Below are positions 13,270 through 26,310 of a stretch of DNA of 64,000 nucleotides, piece by piece. The stretch comes from Phoronis australis (lineage: Eukaryota; Animalia; Phoronida). Within the stretch, counting starts at the first letter, position 1; every line of letters begins with the position of its first letter. The stretch spans positions 180,339 through 244,338 of the forward strand of contig NMRA01000576.1 in NCBI GenBank assembly GCA_002633005.1, in the 5' to 3' direction. The position numbers and the translations under genes were made by a program. The notes under the pieces are model-generated. The model was not told the DNA's origin. It did no database searches and saw nothing but the letters and a program-made list of their open reading frames with translations.

Positions 13270-14896
13270 GTAAGTATTAATACGCCGTGTCAAATGCAAG
13301 AACATATCGAATGAACAATATTGAACTATTTCACACATGTGCCTATAATGCATCCTAAGCCTCAGCATGCAGTGGAATTCATAGGCACCTTTTCGATGAA
13401 TGTCCTGATGATGTTGCTTAAAAGATACGCGTACGCCATGTGTAATCTAAAGAAAATCTCTACATTTCCCAATCTATTGGAGCAATGGAAAGACTGTTCA
13501 AACTGGCAGGCACTTGCTTTATTTGTACCACATTTACACCACCCTTTCCCTCGATTGAACATCATTTTAACCCAATTAGCAACGGAGCGAAACAACTCAA
13601 CATATCAATAACGATGGGTTTATTTTCGAGTTGTTTAAACAGACGAGAATGCGTATAGTATGGACCTTGACTGATTTATTTAATAAAATTTTGACTGCAG
13701 CGATTATCGACAAAGTTGGTGCGATACTGATATTTACTAAAAACCTAAATTAATCGGTTTACATATTGAACAAATGATGACGAGTTTAACGAGTCTCAAG
13801 CTTCAGTTAGGAAAGGTTAAAGCATTGTTCGCCAAGTTTAACTCTAAATGGCAAGATTCACAAATATATAGCCAAAAGTAGATCTCAGTTTTACTTATTT
13901 CTGTTGATTTTTCTTGCGCATCTGGTTAACACAAGCCATACACAATCCAGTAATGCGACATTGAAATGCTCATTAACATACTGAACAGCTATTCTGCTTT
14001 AGTTTCTGGCATTAATCTAACGACTGACATTCGGTATGCGAACAACGGGAAAGCAGACCCACGTCTAATAAGATGCACAACATACCAGACACACGTACCA
14101 TGGCAAAGAAGCAATAGTTTTTCTACTGAACACACATCTCGCTTTCCTTGCAAAATGCCATTATTGAACTCGATCTCACGAAAGTTGCCACTCCTTTTGC
14201 AAACCTGAATTCACCTATACAATGACTGATAACTATTTTGAGATTCGTTTCATAATAGTTGGTGAGTTACCACATTCTCACACGGAGCGTAGATTTATAA
14301 CCGCTTTAAAGCCTGGTATGGTGACAAATGAGGTTGTGTATGCTCGCCAAGCGTTTAGAACTTCATGGGCTAGAAATTGAAAGACGCATTTTACATCACC
14401 GACTAATAAAAATGTGAATTCCACCAAAGGGTAGAGTTACAAAATTTGAATCCTGCACAATGTTTAATTTCAACACCACCGGGGATTATGTAACAGCCAT
14501 AAGTTTTATTTATGTTTGTTGTGGATCCTTACAGTGGTATAAAACATTTGGAAGAAAATGTCCGCATTTTATGATAGAACTAGCAATGTTGTGTTAACTG
14601 AAATAAATGAACCGTTTCTCATTCAGCTACCCTGATATATTCAAAAGCCAGTGAACTGAATGGTGCCATACTTTACCCAAGAGTTTGTCAATCCTGATGA
14701 AATTCATTTTAGTAAATTGTTTAAAATAATTGTTTAAAAAGAATTCAGAATTATTATTGGTTGATCCCACCGTGCCGCTTGCTAACTGCAGGATCTCCCG
14801 GACTGTGTATGAATCCCGACTTCAAGAGTTCACTAAATATACATGTATATCTATGCGTCACGGACTCTATTGCTAGAAAAACTTCACTACATTTAG

Positions 14897-15223
14897 GGTC
14901 ACGACAAAGAGTATACGTTGAACCTCCGGAAGCCGATGTAATTGGGTGCTTCAAGGATTCCTTAGAGAGTTCAGATTTGCAATTTGCTGTAAGCAGAGGT
15001 GATGAAAGGACGACGAAGAAATTATGCAAGAAGTCATGTAGTGACCTATGGTACGTGTATGCAGCACTTCAAAACGGAGACTCTTGCTGGTGTGGAAACA
15101 AATACGGTAAATACGGAGAAGTGGATCTTTCCGCTTGTAGAGAAACACCCTGCACGGGTGACGGAAATGAGCGCTGTGGAGGTCAGCTGCGGAACTTGGT
15201 CATGATAAGCGGTTATACCCCAG
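14897..15223 (+). CDS. WSC-domain exon, type 1 (gene A)
   Basis: tttag| acceptor, G|gtatgt donor, phase 1-1, 327 bp open. GCFKD...CKKSC...YAALQNGDSCWCGN...CRETPCTGD...CGG shows all 8 WSC cysteines. Confidence 0.9.
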
Positions 15224-16069
15224 GTATGTGTGCTTCAAATTTGCAAATGACGCCATTCTTCATTGGAGGTCATTGTCGTAGTGAATGAGTGTGCATACAT
15301 GTGTACGTGCTGGTAGTTGGAATGTTTAATACCGGTGGTTGTTATTTATGTCACTCAGCTGGTTTGTGTGTCTCTAAGTTCAAATCTGTGAATGGTGCTG
15401 GTTTGGATGACGTAGCATATGAATATCTGTCTTTGCACGACAGTTCTCTATATCACGTCCCACGTGGAAAACTATATCTTAAGACCAGAAATCTGAGTTG
15501 CTCCATTCCTTTGGAGGGGTCTTATCAAATTGGATAATTTGTTCAGGAAGTTTTTGTTTTCTTCCATGATGGAGTTTACAATGCAGTAGTAGGAAGGCTG
15601 CACGTGCATGTGCCCGCATGTGTATATCATAAATACTGACTCAAGTGTTCATGGCTGTCCAAAATTTACAACACAGTGCGCATTTCATGAAGTGTGTTGT
15701 TTCATGTAGATGTATTTTATATCAGCCTTTGAATGTTTGACAGAGCAGAAATCTTACGAACTTGAAGTTTCACACTCATTCTCCCTAGGCCACGCGATCC
15801 TAACTGTTAGTTTTACAAGAGATTCTCAAGCGTGCTCTATGGGGTTCCGAGGGCTCGAACGAGCCCACCCATTTGTCAACTAGGGAAATTAAAGCTCCTC
15901 GGTGAAACAAAACTCCGGAAAAAAGTACAAAACTAGGCAAAAGTCCACTGAAACGGCAGGAACTATCAAACTTCGGCGAGTGCACAATTCTTACCTCTGA
16001 GCATACCTCCTAAATTTGGAAAAATGTCCACATTCTCAAAATCTTCAGGCTCATTTGTTTAGGCTAAGT

Positions 16070-16190
16070 GCAAGCATTGAGATGCATTACGCCAGGTTGA
16101 AAACATATCGTACGTTGCAAACTGCAACACCTGATATTGCTGCAATGCATTGCTGATGAGGGCGACTCTGCTCCCGAGGTTTTCGACTTT
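16070..16190 (+). mobile_element. Possible Penelope-like 3' fragment with a decayed hammerhead
   Basis: CTGATGA-gggcg..ctccc-GAGG resembles a hammerhead core whose GAAA is mutated. Confidence 0.25.
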
Positions 16191-16257
16191 AAGTTGATTC
16201 AACTCCCTAAGAAAACCACAAAGAGCTAATCGTTAATTGTACTTCTTTCATAATTAT

Positions 16258-18420
16258 TTAAGGAACACCTCGAGATGAAACATTCTGTCAAGTATTTGAC
16301 CAGTATTTAATACACGCTTTTAATCCTTGCGACTATGTTTGAATGCTAAGAAAGCTGTAATGGGGCTATTCGGAAAATTTACATTAACTATAGGGCGGGC
16401 GTGTACTAATGGTGATAGATTAACAGCCTCGATTTTGCAAGCCCTTTAAATACATGGTGAAATGGCTTGTAGCCGTGACAACTGAATAAGAGATTGCGTG
16501 AAAAGGTGCTTCTATGAGTGGAAGTAAGCAGGAAGTTTTACAAAGGTAAGCTTTGTGATTATTTAACGATTATTCCATGTTCATTCTTCTGATGCCTGTT
16601 ATCTGAGGTACTCGCCGATGTCTTTTCGCGGCAGTGGCCAGTCGGGTTGTGATGTGTGTTACGACACTAGACGTAGAACTCGGGATCTTTTCCTACATCA
16701 AAGCAGCAGTGTTTGAAATACTTTCTAACAGGTTTATCAGTGACACGTACACCAATGAATGCTGAATGTTTATGCTGCTAACATGATATTGGTTAGTGAA
16801 TTAAGATTACAATCCAAGCCCAATACCATGGCAAAGGGTACGTGTGAAACATCCATTAACCTATTTGTTTACTCCCTATCCTATGTTGAAATGGGCATCT
16901 ATAATGTCCGTTTTCACGTGACTTTTGATTTCTAAGTTTGAGGGCTTGTGCCGTGCAGAGACAATATTTATCGCTTTTGTGGCGTCCCTGAATGGACAGA
17001 AATTGGTTTTAAGCAGATGACTGCAGCTAACCAGTAATATCTTCTCATCCAGTCCAGATCTGTTGTCAAAGCCTACTTTCTATGTCGGAGACAACGAACA
17101 ACGCCTTTGAAAAGGAAAAGCTATATTTAAAGAGAGGTACGTGAGTCGTTTATTAATTTACTTATTCAAGTCCTTAGCGGGGGATTGAATTGGGGGTCGA
17201 GTTTGTAAAATTTGGTGCAACTGAATGTGTAGAAATAACAGGTAATAGTGTGTGGGGAAAATAGCATAGTGAGGTAATTCTTAACGTCTCTGAACTGCCT
17301 TCAAGTTTATTTTTTGAAACTGTTTTGATATCACTTGTAAACCCATAAAAATATGTTACATTTTCTGAATTCTCAGTGACTGAATAGTCGCAACTCATGC
17401 CTTGAAATGCTGCATGTCGTTTAAAAATTCAAAATATTGTCATTTTTTGTGAAAATTGCATTTTTGATGGTCCTTTACGATTTGTAATTACTCTTGAACA
17501 ACAGAAAGATTATCCATCGTTTTGAAATGGCCCAAGTCTTTATATCTTCTGTTAGAAGAAAAAAAAGTCTTAGAAACGGTTCCATCAGCCCTTAGATTAG
17601 AAGTATGCTTGACTGACTCATGAATCTGTAATTGGAGTGTCAAAGGTTTGAAGTTGAATCAAATAACTTAAATATTTTGCAGACACGCGACAGAAATGCG
17701 TTTAAACAATTGGTATTGCTACGAATGAAAAATAATGACGCACTTTAATACAGTACTTATTATATACTCCCTTGCGTTCTGAAAATAGTAATTATTTAAA
17801 TGTGTGTGAAATTGTAGAGGAGTCACCACAACATATTTTTGAAGAGCAGGGGTAACATTTTTGACCTAACCTGGAGTATTAATTACACATTTTTCAATAT
17901 TTGTTCCAGGTACAGTGACATTTTAAGGCCACTTCAAGCCTCAACACAGACAATATTTCTTCCTTCTTTCCCTTCCTATATCACTTCCACACACCAGCAG
18001 TGCTGCATGGCATAATGTACAAGTCCATGGCCCTGGGGAAATGTGAATCGCAGAACGAAGTTACCACACGACAACGTGTCAGTGGATTGTTTGTGTATGA
18101 AGCGGAACTATATCTGACTGCTACACAAGTCAGCCTTGTTGCTGAGGCTGCCCTTTCATTGGTAATATGCCGTGTGTTGACAATAGCTTATCTTCTTTAC
18201 TGGAAGAGACAAAAGTGATTGAAGCGAAAGAGGACCTAGTGACACTCTGGTTTAGTTCAGGGTCAGATTTTGGGAACAAAACGAGTCAGATGATGTGCTG
18301 TTGTGTTTACCTTCAAGGATCTAATTGTGGATGTTATTGGGGCTGAATGAAATTACATGAAGGAAAGCCACTTGCCGAATCTGGACCTTTTTACAACCGC
18401 TTCTATAGGCCACCGAAACT
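16258..18420 (+). mobile_element. Decayed DNA-transposon accessory gene: SAP-like exon + YqaJ/lambda-exonuclease domain
   Basis: KGASMSGSKQEVLQR|gtaagc (~16500-16545, SAP-like). TPAVLHGIMYKSMAL...SGLFVY, then VQGQILGTKR..C.VVFTFKD and PFYNRFYRP (~17990-18415) follow the YqaJ motif order. The region starts ttaaggaacac (Kolobok-like end). Confidence 0.55.
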
Positions 18421-20217
18421 AGATCCCTGCGAAAGAAAACCAAAAGCATCAAGTATAAATACCTGTCCTTTCTTACTGAGGGACATTAACTTTTCCTTTC
18501 AGAAGAAAGGTTGTATACTAATGGTAAAATGTTTTCAATTTGGTACACATTATGGGGAAATGACACCCAGTATCTGCATCGATTGTCTTATTGTCAGTTG
18601 AAAGCCCGTTAATGTTACTCTTTGATGATTGAATAATTTTTTCATCAATACGAAAGTTTGTCACTAGTTATTGAAAACACAATATTTGCTCTGTTTTAAA
18701 GCAGAAAACAGTGCAGCTGAGCTTATTCTTTATAAAGCTGAAACGATTACCGAATACGCGTGCCAATTGTCGTTTTCCTGTTGACCGCTGCAAATTTGCA
18801 GGAATCAAAATGGAGTATTCCCCTTGTTTGCATATGATTTGTTTATGTGTGTAATTGTTTATAGAGCCTTTGAACAATTTTAAATTTTGTGTTCACAACA
18901 AAAGTTCCACATACAAGAAAAGTATGTTTTCAATTGTAGCTAGCCGGATAAGAATCTGCTATGCACAAGATTCGAGAATAAAAATTTTTCAGTGTATTTA
19001 AAAACAAAATGGCAAACGGAACAACCACAAATATACAAAGAAACAACATTGTTCAAAGTAATTGTTTTTCCCATGCAAAGGGGCCCATAATCAGGCATAT
19101 CATGGGATAAATTTCTGAATTAGGTTCAATTCTCTCAGGTTATTGCTGAAGGATTGCTTTTCACTTTGTCCAATGGTAAAATGGACGATCAGACGGCTGG
19201 TTTCAGTCGTTTTCACTCTTCTGTAACAGAATAGTCAGAGAATTATTAGCAATTTATAAAATAAAACACAAGACAAAACTATTTTGGTAAGGCAGATCAT
19301 ATTTGACATTTCATGTTCATGTTTTTTATATAGAAACTAATAATCTTTGTACCCAAGTCTTATTTAAGATCTGAATTAAAATATATGAAACAGGCTACAA
19401 GTGGTTTGAAAATTTATATTTTTCACGACACCTAAAATGTGCTTCTGACATCAACATTAAAAATTCATTCTAGATGTCAATTTTTATTCCAATTCAATGT
19501 TAAGGCCTTTTACTGAATAGCTTATTTAAGTTAATTCGGTAACTAATCTGGTAGTCCTGGGGTGGCGTCCTCTATAAAATAAGGAAACTCAGAAGTTTTT
19601 TTGGATATAGCATAGCTTTGAAGGGAGATTGCTGTGAACAAGAAACCCTTCACTTTGCATAGGCAGATTGGGGGAAGGGACAGTAGCCCCTCCCCCTTTG
19701 GCTACCGTGCGAGATACCTTAGAAACACGAATGTGGTTCAAGTGTGTGCAAAAATCGCCTGCTGGTGGACATTACAGTCATTTCCCTGGAAGTAAGGACA
19801 ATTCTATGTCCATTTCCTTCTACGTGTTTCTGTATCGTTTTTTGGGATAATGAGTTTATCATTAGACGTTGATGCCATTTGTTCCGAACTTACAAAACCA
19901 GGCAAGACTTTTTGTGGAATAGTTTCAATATAAAAATGGTTCTTGAAACTGTAAATGCAAATTCATTTTGAATAATTTTGATACATGTGTTTACTTGTTC
20001 ACGTGGTAAAACAATGGAGCGGGGGGAAATTGTCGTTTCACATTTCCTAGTAATTCGCCATGACTTAGCCTGTTCTCAAATCGAACAGAGAATGTCAACT
20101 TGACATTGGTTTATATTGTAAAAAATATCTAGTGGGAATTTGTTGCTCAACTATTTACAGTGATACTAGTACTCTACATGTGGTTGCGTCATTTCGATCC
20201 TAGCAAAACAATGTTAA

Positions 20218-22047
20218 AGAAGAATGCCACCAAATTAAAATATTCTCGTTTACTGTTTTAATCAGTCTAAGTACGCGTCACCTATATCTAACCTCGCGGA
20301 GAGATATCGCGTTTACCTCTGGAGAAGGTTAGAAACGACATAGCGAAGTTAGTGGTTCTTTGGCAGAGTGGGTGCCGCTCTGGTGTGGCGTGTCGGTCCC
20401 GCTTGTGGATACTTGGAAGCTGCGAGGAAAACGGATATATCTTTTTTTCGATTTCCTGGAGAGCCCATAATGCTTAGGAAGTTGGTCGCGTTAGTGAAGC
20501 ATGAAACGCATGCCGTTAATACCAACTATGAGGCCGTGAAACTTCTCCATGTCTGTCAGTGACCTGCAGTTCGTCAGATCAATTGTTGATCAGTTTTTGA
20601 TTATTGAGAATTGTGGTTGGCCATGGAACATAAACAATTACAAATTAATCAAGGCGTGAGAACATAACGTTTTATATAACCTATTTGATGGCTGACTCGT
20701 TCGTTAGGCACCTCATTGGTCCTCCGAATGTAGGCTGTTTTTACTACTTCTTTATCAGCCTTAAAAAAGTTGTAAACACCCCTTTTGAATTGCGGTATAA
20801 GTCTGGATGGTCTGTGAGACACATCAACAATTCTCCATAAATTCTCTTCAACTGCGAAATTTCGTAGAAGCAAACGCAAGCGTCAGTCGTTCCATTCTCA
20901 TGGGGTTAGGTCATTGACAAGATGACAAGTTCAAACAGTTTTCGGAACTATTCCTTTTTTCCGGCGGGTTGCCACATTGTCGTTCATAATGTGCGTTCTG
21001 TTTCAAAATGAATAAATTTTCCCCTAACCAATGCTTATATAAAGCCGAAACAAAGTCACCTCATAAGATACATTTTTTAATGCCTCGAAGTGTTCGTGAG
21101 TGCAAATGTTTTGAGAAGCCAGCAATGAAAAAATCCCTGAGTTGCCGGCTTTAGATGCAATAATAATTCAGTGACCAGCATCGAGGCTGTGTTGGCGCTT
21201 GCGAATTCAGTGTTTCCTGACAGAAAAAGCTATTGTTAATCAATAACTCCATTTTATATCTTATGGCCAGATGTTAGGGGAATCTTTATTTAGATATTCA
21301 TCTACATTATTTGAATCATTCTTACTGTGCATTTTTTGTACTGACGGTCTTGTGGAAGTGTAACCTGCCTCTTTGCCCCGACGACCTAGTAAGTAGATTT
21401 GCAGTTTTGCGGCTAGTTCACCACAATAATCCACATGCACATTTCTTTCCTTTGGCTCACTAGCATAGTCTTTTCGTGACTGGAACTTTAGTTTCCAACT
21501 TTGACTGGTTTACTTTTGTGAAGTTCATGCCGGCCGCGGTCAGGTTCCGAGCCAATACTCGGGAAAGCAAGCGTTTTGTGTGTTTAGAACTGAAAAAAAC
21601 GCAAGTCTAATATCACAACAAGCAGCTGTGTTCCCATGCCTGCACTTTACATAAAAATAATATGTGTTTATGGCCAAACGTCTAAAAACACCCGCAACCA
21701 ACATTTTTGTAAATTGGCTTACCAAATTTTGTAGGATACGGTACGTTCAAATACCTAAAAATTCATAACAGCGAAATATAACACGTTTGCTTAACATCTC
21801 CTTGTATTGGTTTTACATCGAAATTTATGGTTTATTTGTGTAAAAGGAAGAATTCAAGCTAAAAGCAGTCCAGTATGCGTTCTGTGAGCTACTGAACAGA
21901 CTGCAATCGATCCTCTGACGCCAGCTGTTAATTTCAACACCTCCGTCTGCCGTCAGTTGTCAGGTGAAAGAGCTGCACTTGCTCTTATCGAATGGAACTA
22001 CTCGATTTAAATTGATACAACAGTTGTTTTTCGGGTAGCATTCTCCT
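20218..22047 (+). mobile_element. Kolobok-type DNA transposon (non-autonomous, THAP relic), copy 1
   Basis: TTAA|agaagaatgccacc ... ggtagcattctcct|TTAA. THAP-like relic CGYLEAARKTDISFFRFP...RKLV...LHVC at 20368-20562. Colinear with 46759-48392 on the opposite strand. Confidence 0.8.
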
Positions 22048-22367
22048 TTAAGCAGGCTGGCTTTCGGTCAATTTAGTTCTTAAAGGTACCTAGGTCATCA
22101 CAGCCTGTAAAATGGTAAAAGTATCTATACGAAAGATACCCTTGGTGGATAAACGATGAAGACCAACCATTGAAAAAATGCCCGGTAGTCCTCTACCTTT
22201 AGTCGGCAAGACACCGGTCAACGTTTGATGAATTATGATGCAAATCACTGCTATGCCTCAACCTTGTAGACAGAGACGACTTAGCTACATCATTATGAAG
22301 TCATGAATTTGGAGAGAATACCCTTGTAACTAAACATGTTACCAGAACAAGAAATACATTCGTGGTA

Positions 22368-22663
22368 AAGTGGAGAATCTAGGGTACCATAAGGGGGGCG
22401 ACGTGTCGCCTCGGGGAATTGGGCAAAGCACAACTTTATGTGCAGCACAGGCTGCCCGAAACTTTATGCGGTGCTGGGGCCGCGAATCTGGACCCTCTGT
22501 TCCGAAAAACTATCGGTTTACTAAAAAAAACTTCTCCGCTACCGGTCCTAGTTACTGAACTTTATATTTCCTCACGCTTTAAGCTGTTGTTGCTTCATTT
22601 TGCTTGCGCCAGCCAATAGAGGTGGGGGCCAGGGCCCCTTGGGCCCCCTTAAATCCGCTTACG
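22368..22663. mobile_element. hAT-like MITE (CAGTGGCGGATCT-type ends)
   Basis: agtggagaatctaggg ... cccttaaatccgctt, with cgtggta on both flanks. Similar ends at 5284 and 43202-43357. Confidence 0.4.
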
Positions 22664-23248
22664 TGGTATCAACCGTAATAGATTCACTTTTACATGAAGA
22701 ATATCGTTTGTTGATGAATGCCTTACACAGAGTAACTGTAAAATCTACCAGTTTTCCCGTTTTTAACGAAAACAGGCTATTGAAGGATCACAGTGTTCAC
22801 AAGAACCTTTACTTCTTGCAGTCTTTACAATCAAAATGAATCTTGCTCAGGTGAATTGAACACAATATTACTAGATTAAGAAACATGATTATTCCCGTGG
22901 GAAACACCGGCATGTGGACATGTGCATGTGTATACAAAGTGTCGTGTAGGTAGCTGCGTGCTTCTCTCCACATTAGTTAAGGTTGTTGCGATATTTCTCT
23001 TTTGCACTAGACTTTTTAATATAGTTAGTATTTAACTTCAGCTGCAATGGTGGCATTTCAAATTTTGCATGACGATATAATGGAATCTGCGTTTTGTCTA
23101 GTGGAGGTTTCTTCTTTCAACAATGCTAGCTCCAATTCACGTCATGTGCTCCAAATACCTGGAAATAACCCTTAAGTGGTCAGTATATGAAAGCGGAAAC
23201 AGATGATTAGTTTAAAGGGTGTGAAAGTACAAAATGTTAAACTTGCAG

Positions 23249-23670
23249 TCGGAAGACCCAGCAACCCGAGGCTAGAACTTAAATAAATCACCTTGACAGG
23301 GAAAACCGAAGGTGTGAAAAAGTTTTATAGTTCAAACAATCCACATTACAAGTGTTAAACGTCTGGTGTTTCAATGTTTGGGTATGTGATTTATCGTTAC
23401 TCCGAACAACCCTACGCTAATAGACTAGTTTTCGACCTTCCAGTCATTCAATCGTCAGATTACGAACCTTTCGGCTCAAACAATGCAGTGTAGCGAGCAC
23501 ACACACCACATTTACCAGATTAGTATTGTCACTTTCACCTGAAGCGGGTTTTGACGATGTGTATCTGAGGAACGATCACTGAGCCTCAGAAGTGTCTACT
23601 GTTGTGTATTGGTTTGTGAATCCCCGCGGTTTTAAGGTGCAGTTCGTTCCAGAAACGCAGAGTGTGACAA
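23249..23670 (+). pseudogene. Decayed CUB-like exon
   Basis: ttgcag| acceptor in phase 1. Reads ITLTGKTEGVKKFYSSNNPHY (CUB start, G-x-SxNxPxY) and, after a frameshift, VVYWFVNPRGFKVQF (CUB-terminal RGF motif). Several stops. Confidence 0.45.
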
Positions 23671-24534
23671 CAGTTTTTGCTTGTTTACACCACATGAAAG
23701 TCAAGCAAATCGAACGATAGAGATTTCACCCACGACATCTATACTGTGGATTAGAATATGTGCATGGACAAGACTTTGCATGTTTAAATATTTTGCTATA
23801 AAAGCATTTCATCCAGTACAACCACGGAATTATTACACTGCTTTTGGTCAGAATCAGGGATAGCCATACAGGAGCGTAACCGGAACGCAGGCGTGAGAAA
23901 AAGAATAATGATAATAATAAGAAAATTTATAGATAGGGGATAAAAACGCAATATATATAAAACATGTATTGGCCAAAGACTAATATCCAGCATGGACCTC
24001 TGCTACACAATTAAATTTAATTTTAAAAAAAATAAGATAGATCAACATATTAAATTAACATACATTAAACTAAACAGTATTTACAAATTGGATTTACATA
24101 CTGAATTAAAAATAAGTAAATAAATAAATAAATAAAAACTGTTTGATGTTATATACATTGGAGTGACAGAAGGAGGGTCAGTTCAGACGACCACAGGTAA
24201 CTAATGAGTTGGTGTCTGAAATTAAGTGGGGAAGAAAAGTTCTGGAACACCCTATCGATATAATTTTTACTGAAAGCACGTCTTAGAGATTCCGATTACC
24301 TTTTCGCTTAAGAAATCAACGTCAAACACTTATGATCACGACTCTCCTGCTCAGAAATAGTTTTTGGGAATTTTAGTCCTTTATGAACTTTGCCTACCGT
24401 CCAAGTAGGATACCAGAGTCCGACAGAGCAGAGTTGGTGTGTTGAATTTCTGTGACTAGACCCTTCTGAAGGGACACCAGAGTTCGGACAGTAGAGTATT
24501 CGGTTTGGATTAGATAGCGATTTCAAATAACATA

Positions 24535-25010
24535 TTGGGTGTCCCAAAAAGCAGACCACTGTTTGACAAGTGATTTCTCAGCAACTTATGAACTAGTATT
24601 TTACAATTTCCTTCTTATGAAGGGTAAGACATCATGAACAAATAGAAGTAGCGTCACAAAGATCTATGTCCATTTGCGAAGTACTTTCAACTTAAAACAA
24701 CAGGTCAAAATAGATCAAAGAGAAGCTCACCCATTGCAGTCTGTGTGTTCTCCATCTTCCTCCACCATTAAACAGAGCAGTTTTTGTTTCAACAAAAAAT
24801 GCTTTTCACCAAATTTTGCATCGAGTTTCCCTCCCATGACAGCCTCTTCATTCATTTTCCCTCTCTTTACCCCGTTAGACTTTTTCCTTCAGAGAGTTCA
24901 ATATGGACTAGTCTATTGGTATGCAGCCCAGACTGCGAGGAGGCCACTCAGTCCTGGAAAAACATTTGTTTTATTAAGATGGGGTTCATTCACACACGAC
25001 CAACCTAATA
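24535..25010 (-). mobile_element. Tc1/mariner-superfamily transposase C-terminal relic with terminal repeat
   Basis: The minus strand reads EWPPRSLGCIPID*SILNSLKEKV*, a decayed WPPxSPDLNPxDYxxWxxLKxKVY motif. TA|ttgggtgtcccaaaaa terminus at 24535. Confidence 0.7.
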
Positions 25011-25074
25011 CAGGCTCATGTTAAAGTGGCTTCTCCAAAATTCATCAGAAACGATGATTGTCCTCCTATTTGAT

Positions 25075-26310
25075 GTATTTTGACATGTTGTATAGCAAAA
25101 TCCAAACGTGTGAAAACGGAGGAAGAGAAATTTGTAGAAAAGATTGTGGCCACTCTAGTAATGACGGTGGTAATTTTAAATCAAAATGTCTCTCATGTTA
25201 AAGTATTGCTATATGCCGATGGTATGGTTGTGTCCTTAATCTCCAGTTACATTGTAATTACTACTGTGTTTTAAATAAGTTCTGAGAGGAATGGGGGATG
25301 TTTGTAAGTTAAGTAAAAAACAAATATTGTTTTGTTCAAAAACGAAGGAGGTCCCTTGAGAAATTGCGGCAGGTCGTGTTTTGGAGATGAAAAATTGAAG
25401 TGGTTTCCAGTTACAAGTATCTTGGTGCTGTGATCACGCCAAAGTTATTGTGCTCTATGGCTTATTAGACCCTGTCGGCCCAAGACACGGAAATTGTCAT
25501 TACAGTCGACAAGCAACAGAGAGACTTGACCATATTTCAGTGGAGTGTGGCTTTTGATTTTTTTGATAAAATGATTTACCCTACTTTGTGCTATGGAACC
25601 GAAAGATGGGGCTTTCAGGAATACAACTGTTTAGAATAAGCACATATTCAAGTTCGCAAGTATGCGTTGGTTTTAGCTAATCCTGTACTGAGCGAATGTG
25701 TCCGGTTGCCGTTATTTATGATGTGCTATGTTGCCGTGATCAAGTACTGGTTCAAACTTCTCAAAATACCGCCTCATCGTGACTCAAGTGCGGCTGACGA
25801 CAAATTGCTTAGCTTAGAACAAAATGGTCGACACATTACCGAAATTGGGCTGCATCAGTTAGACTTATATTGTTAAAATAAGGATTCAACTGAGTTTGGT
25901 TAAATCAAGGTGTTGTGTGAAAATACATTTGTGCTAGATTTTAGACAGGGAATAAAGGGTTGTTAATTTCAAGGATGGTTAAAAATGTCGTCCAAAATTA
26001 TTTATTTACAATCAGTTTAAAATGTAATTCAACTTGGCAAAAATTGTAAGTTCGAGTATACCCCGTGTTCAAATTATACCCACGGAAAGTTTCCTTTGTT
26101 CCAGCCACAGTCTCATGATTGACATAGGCAGGCTATTGAATTTGGCTTGGGCAAACAGTGTGTGATCCTTCTGTCCCAATGTTGTAGAATACGGGTACCA
26201 TTTTATTATAACCTGAGAGAAGTATTCTGAACTGAGAGAAATACATACCGAAGTTTACTACTTGATTTTTTCGTCTTTTTAGCTCAATATAGTTATGTCA
26301 ACACCGGATA
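25075..26310 (+). mobile_element. Decayed non-LTR retrotransposon RT/C-terminus (RTE-X-like)
   Basis: VLLYADG (YADD), IEVVSSYKYLG, FDKMIYPTLCYGTERWG, VLSECVRLPL and IKYWFKLL motifs in the expected order, in broken frames. Confidence 0.7.
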
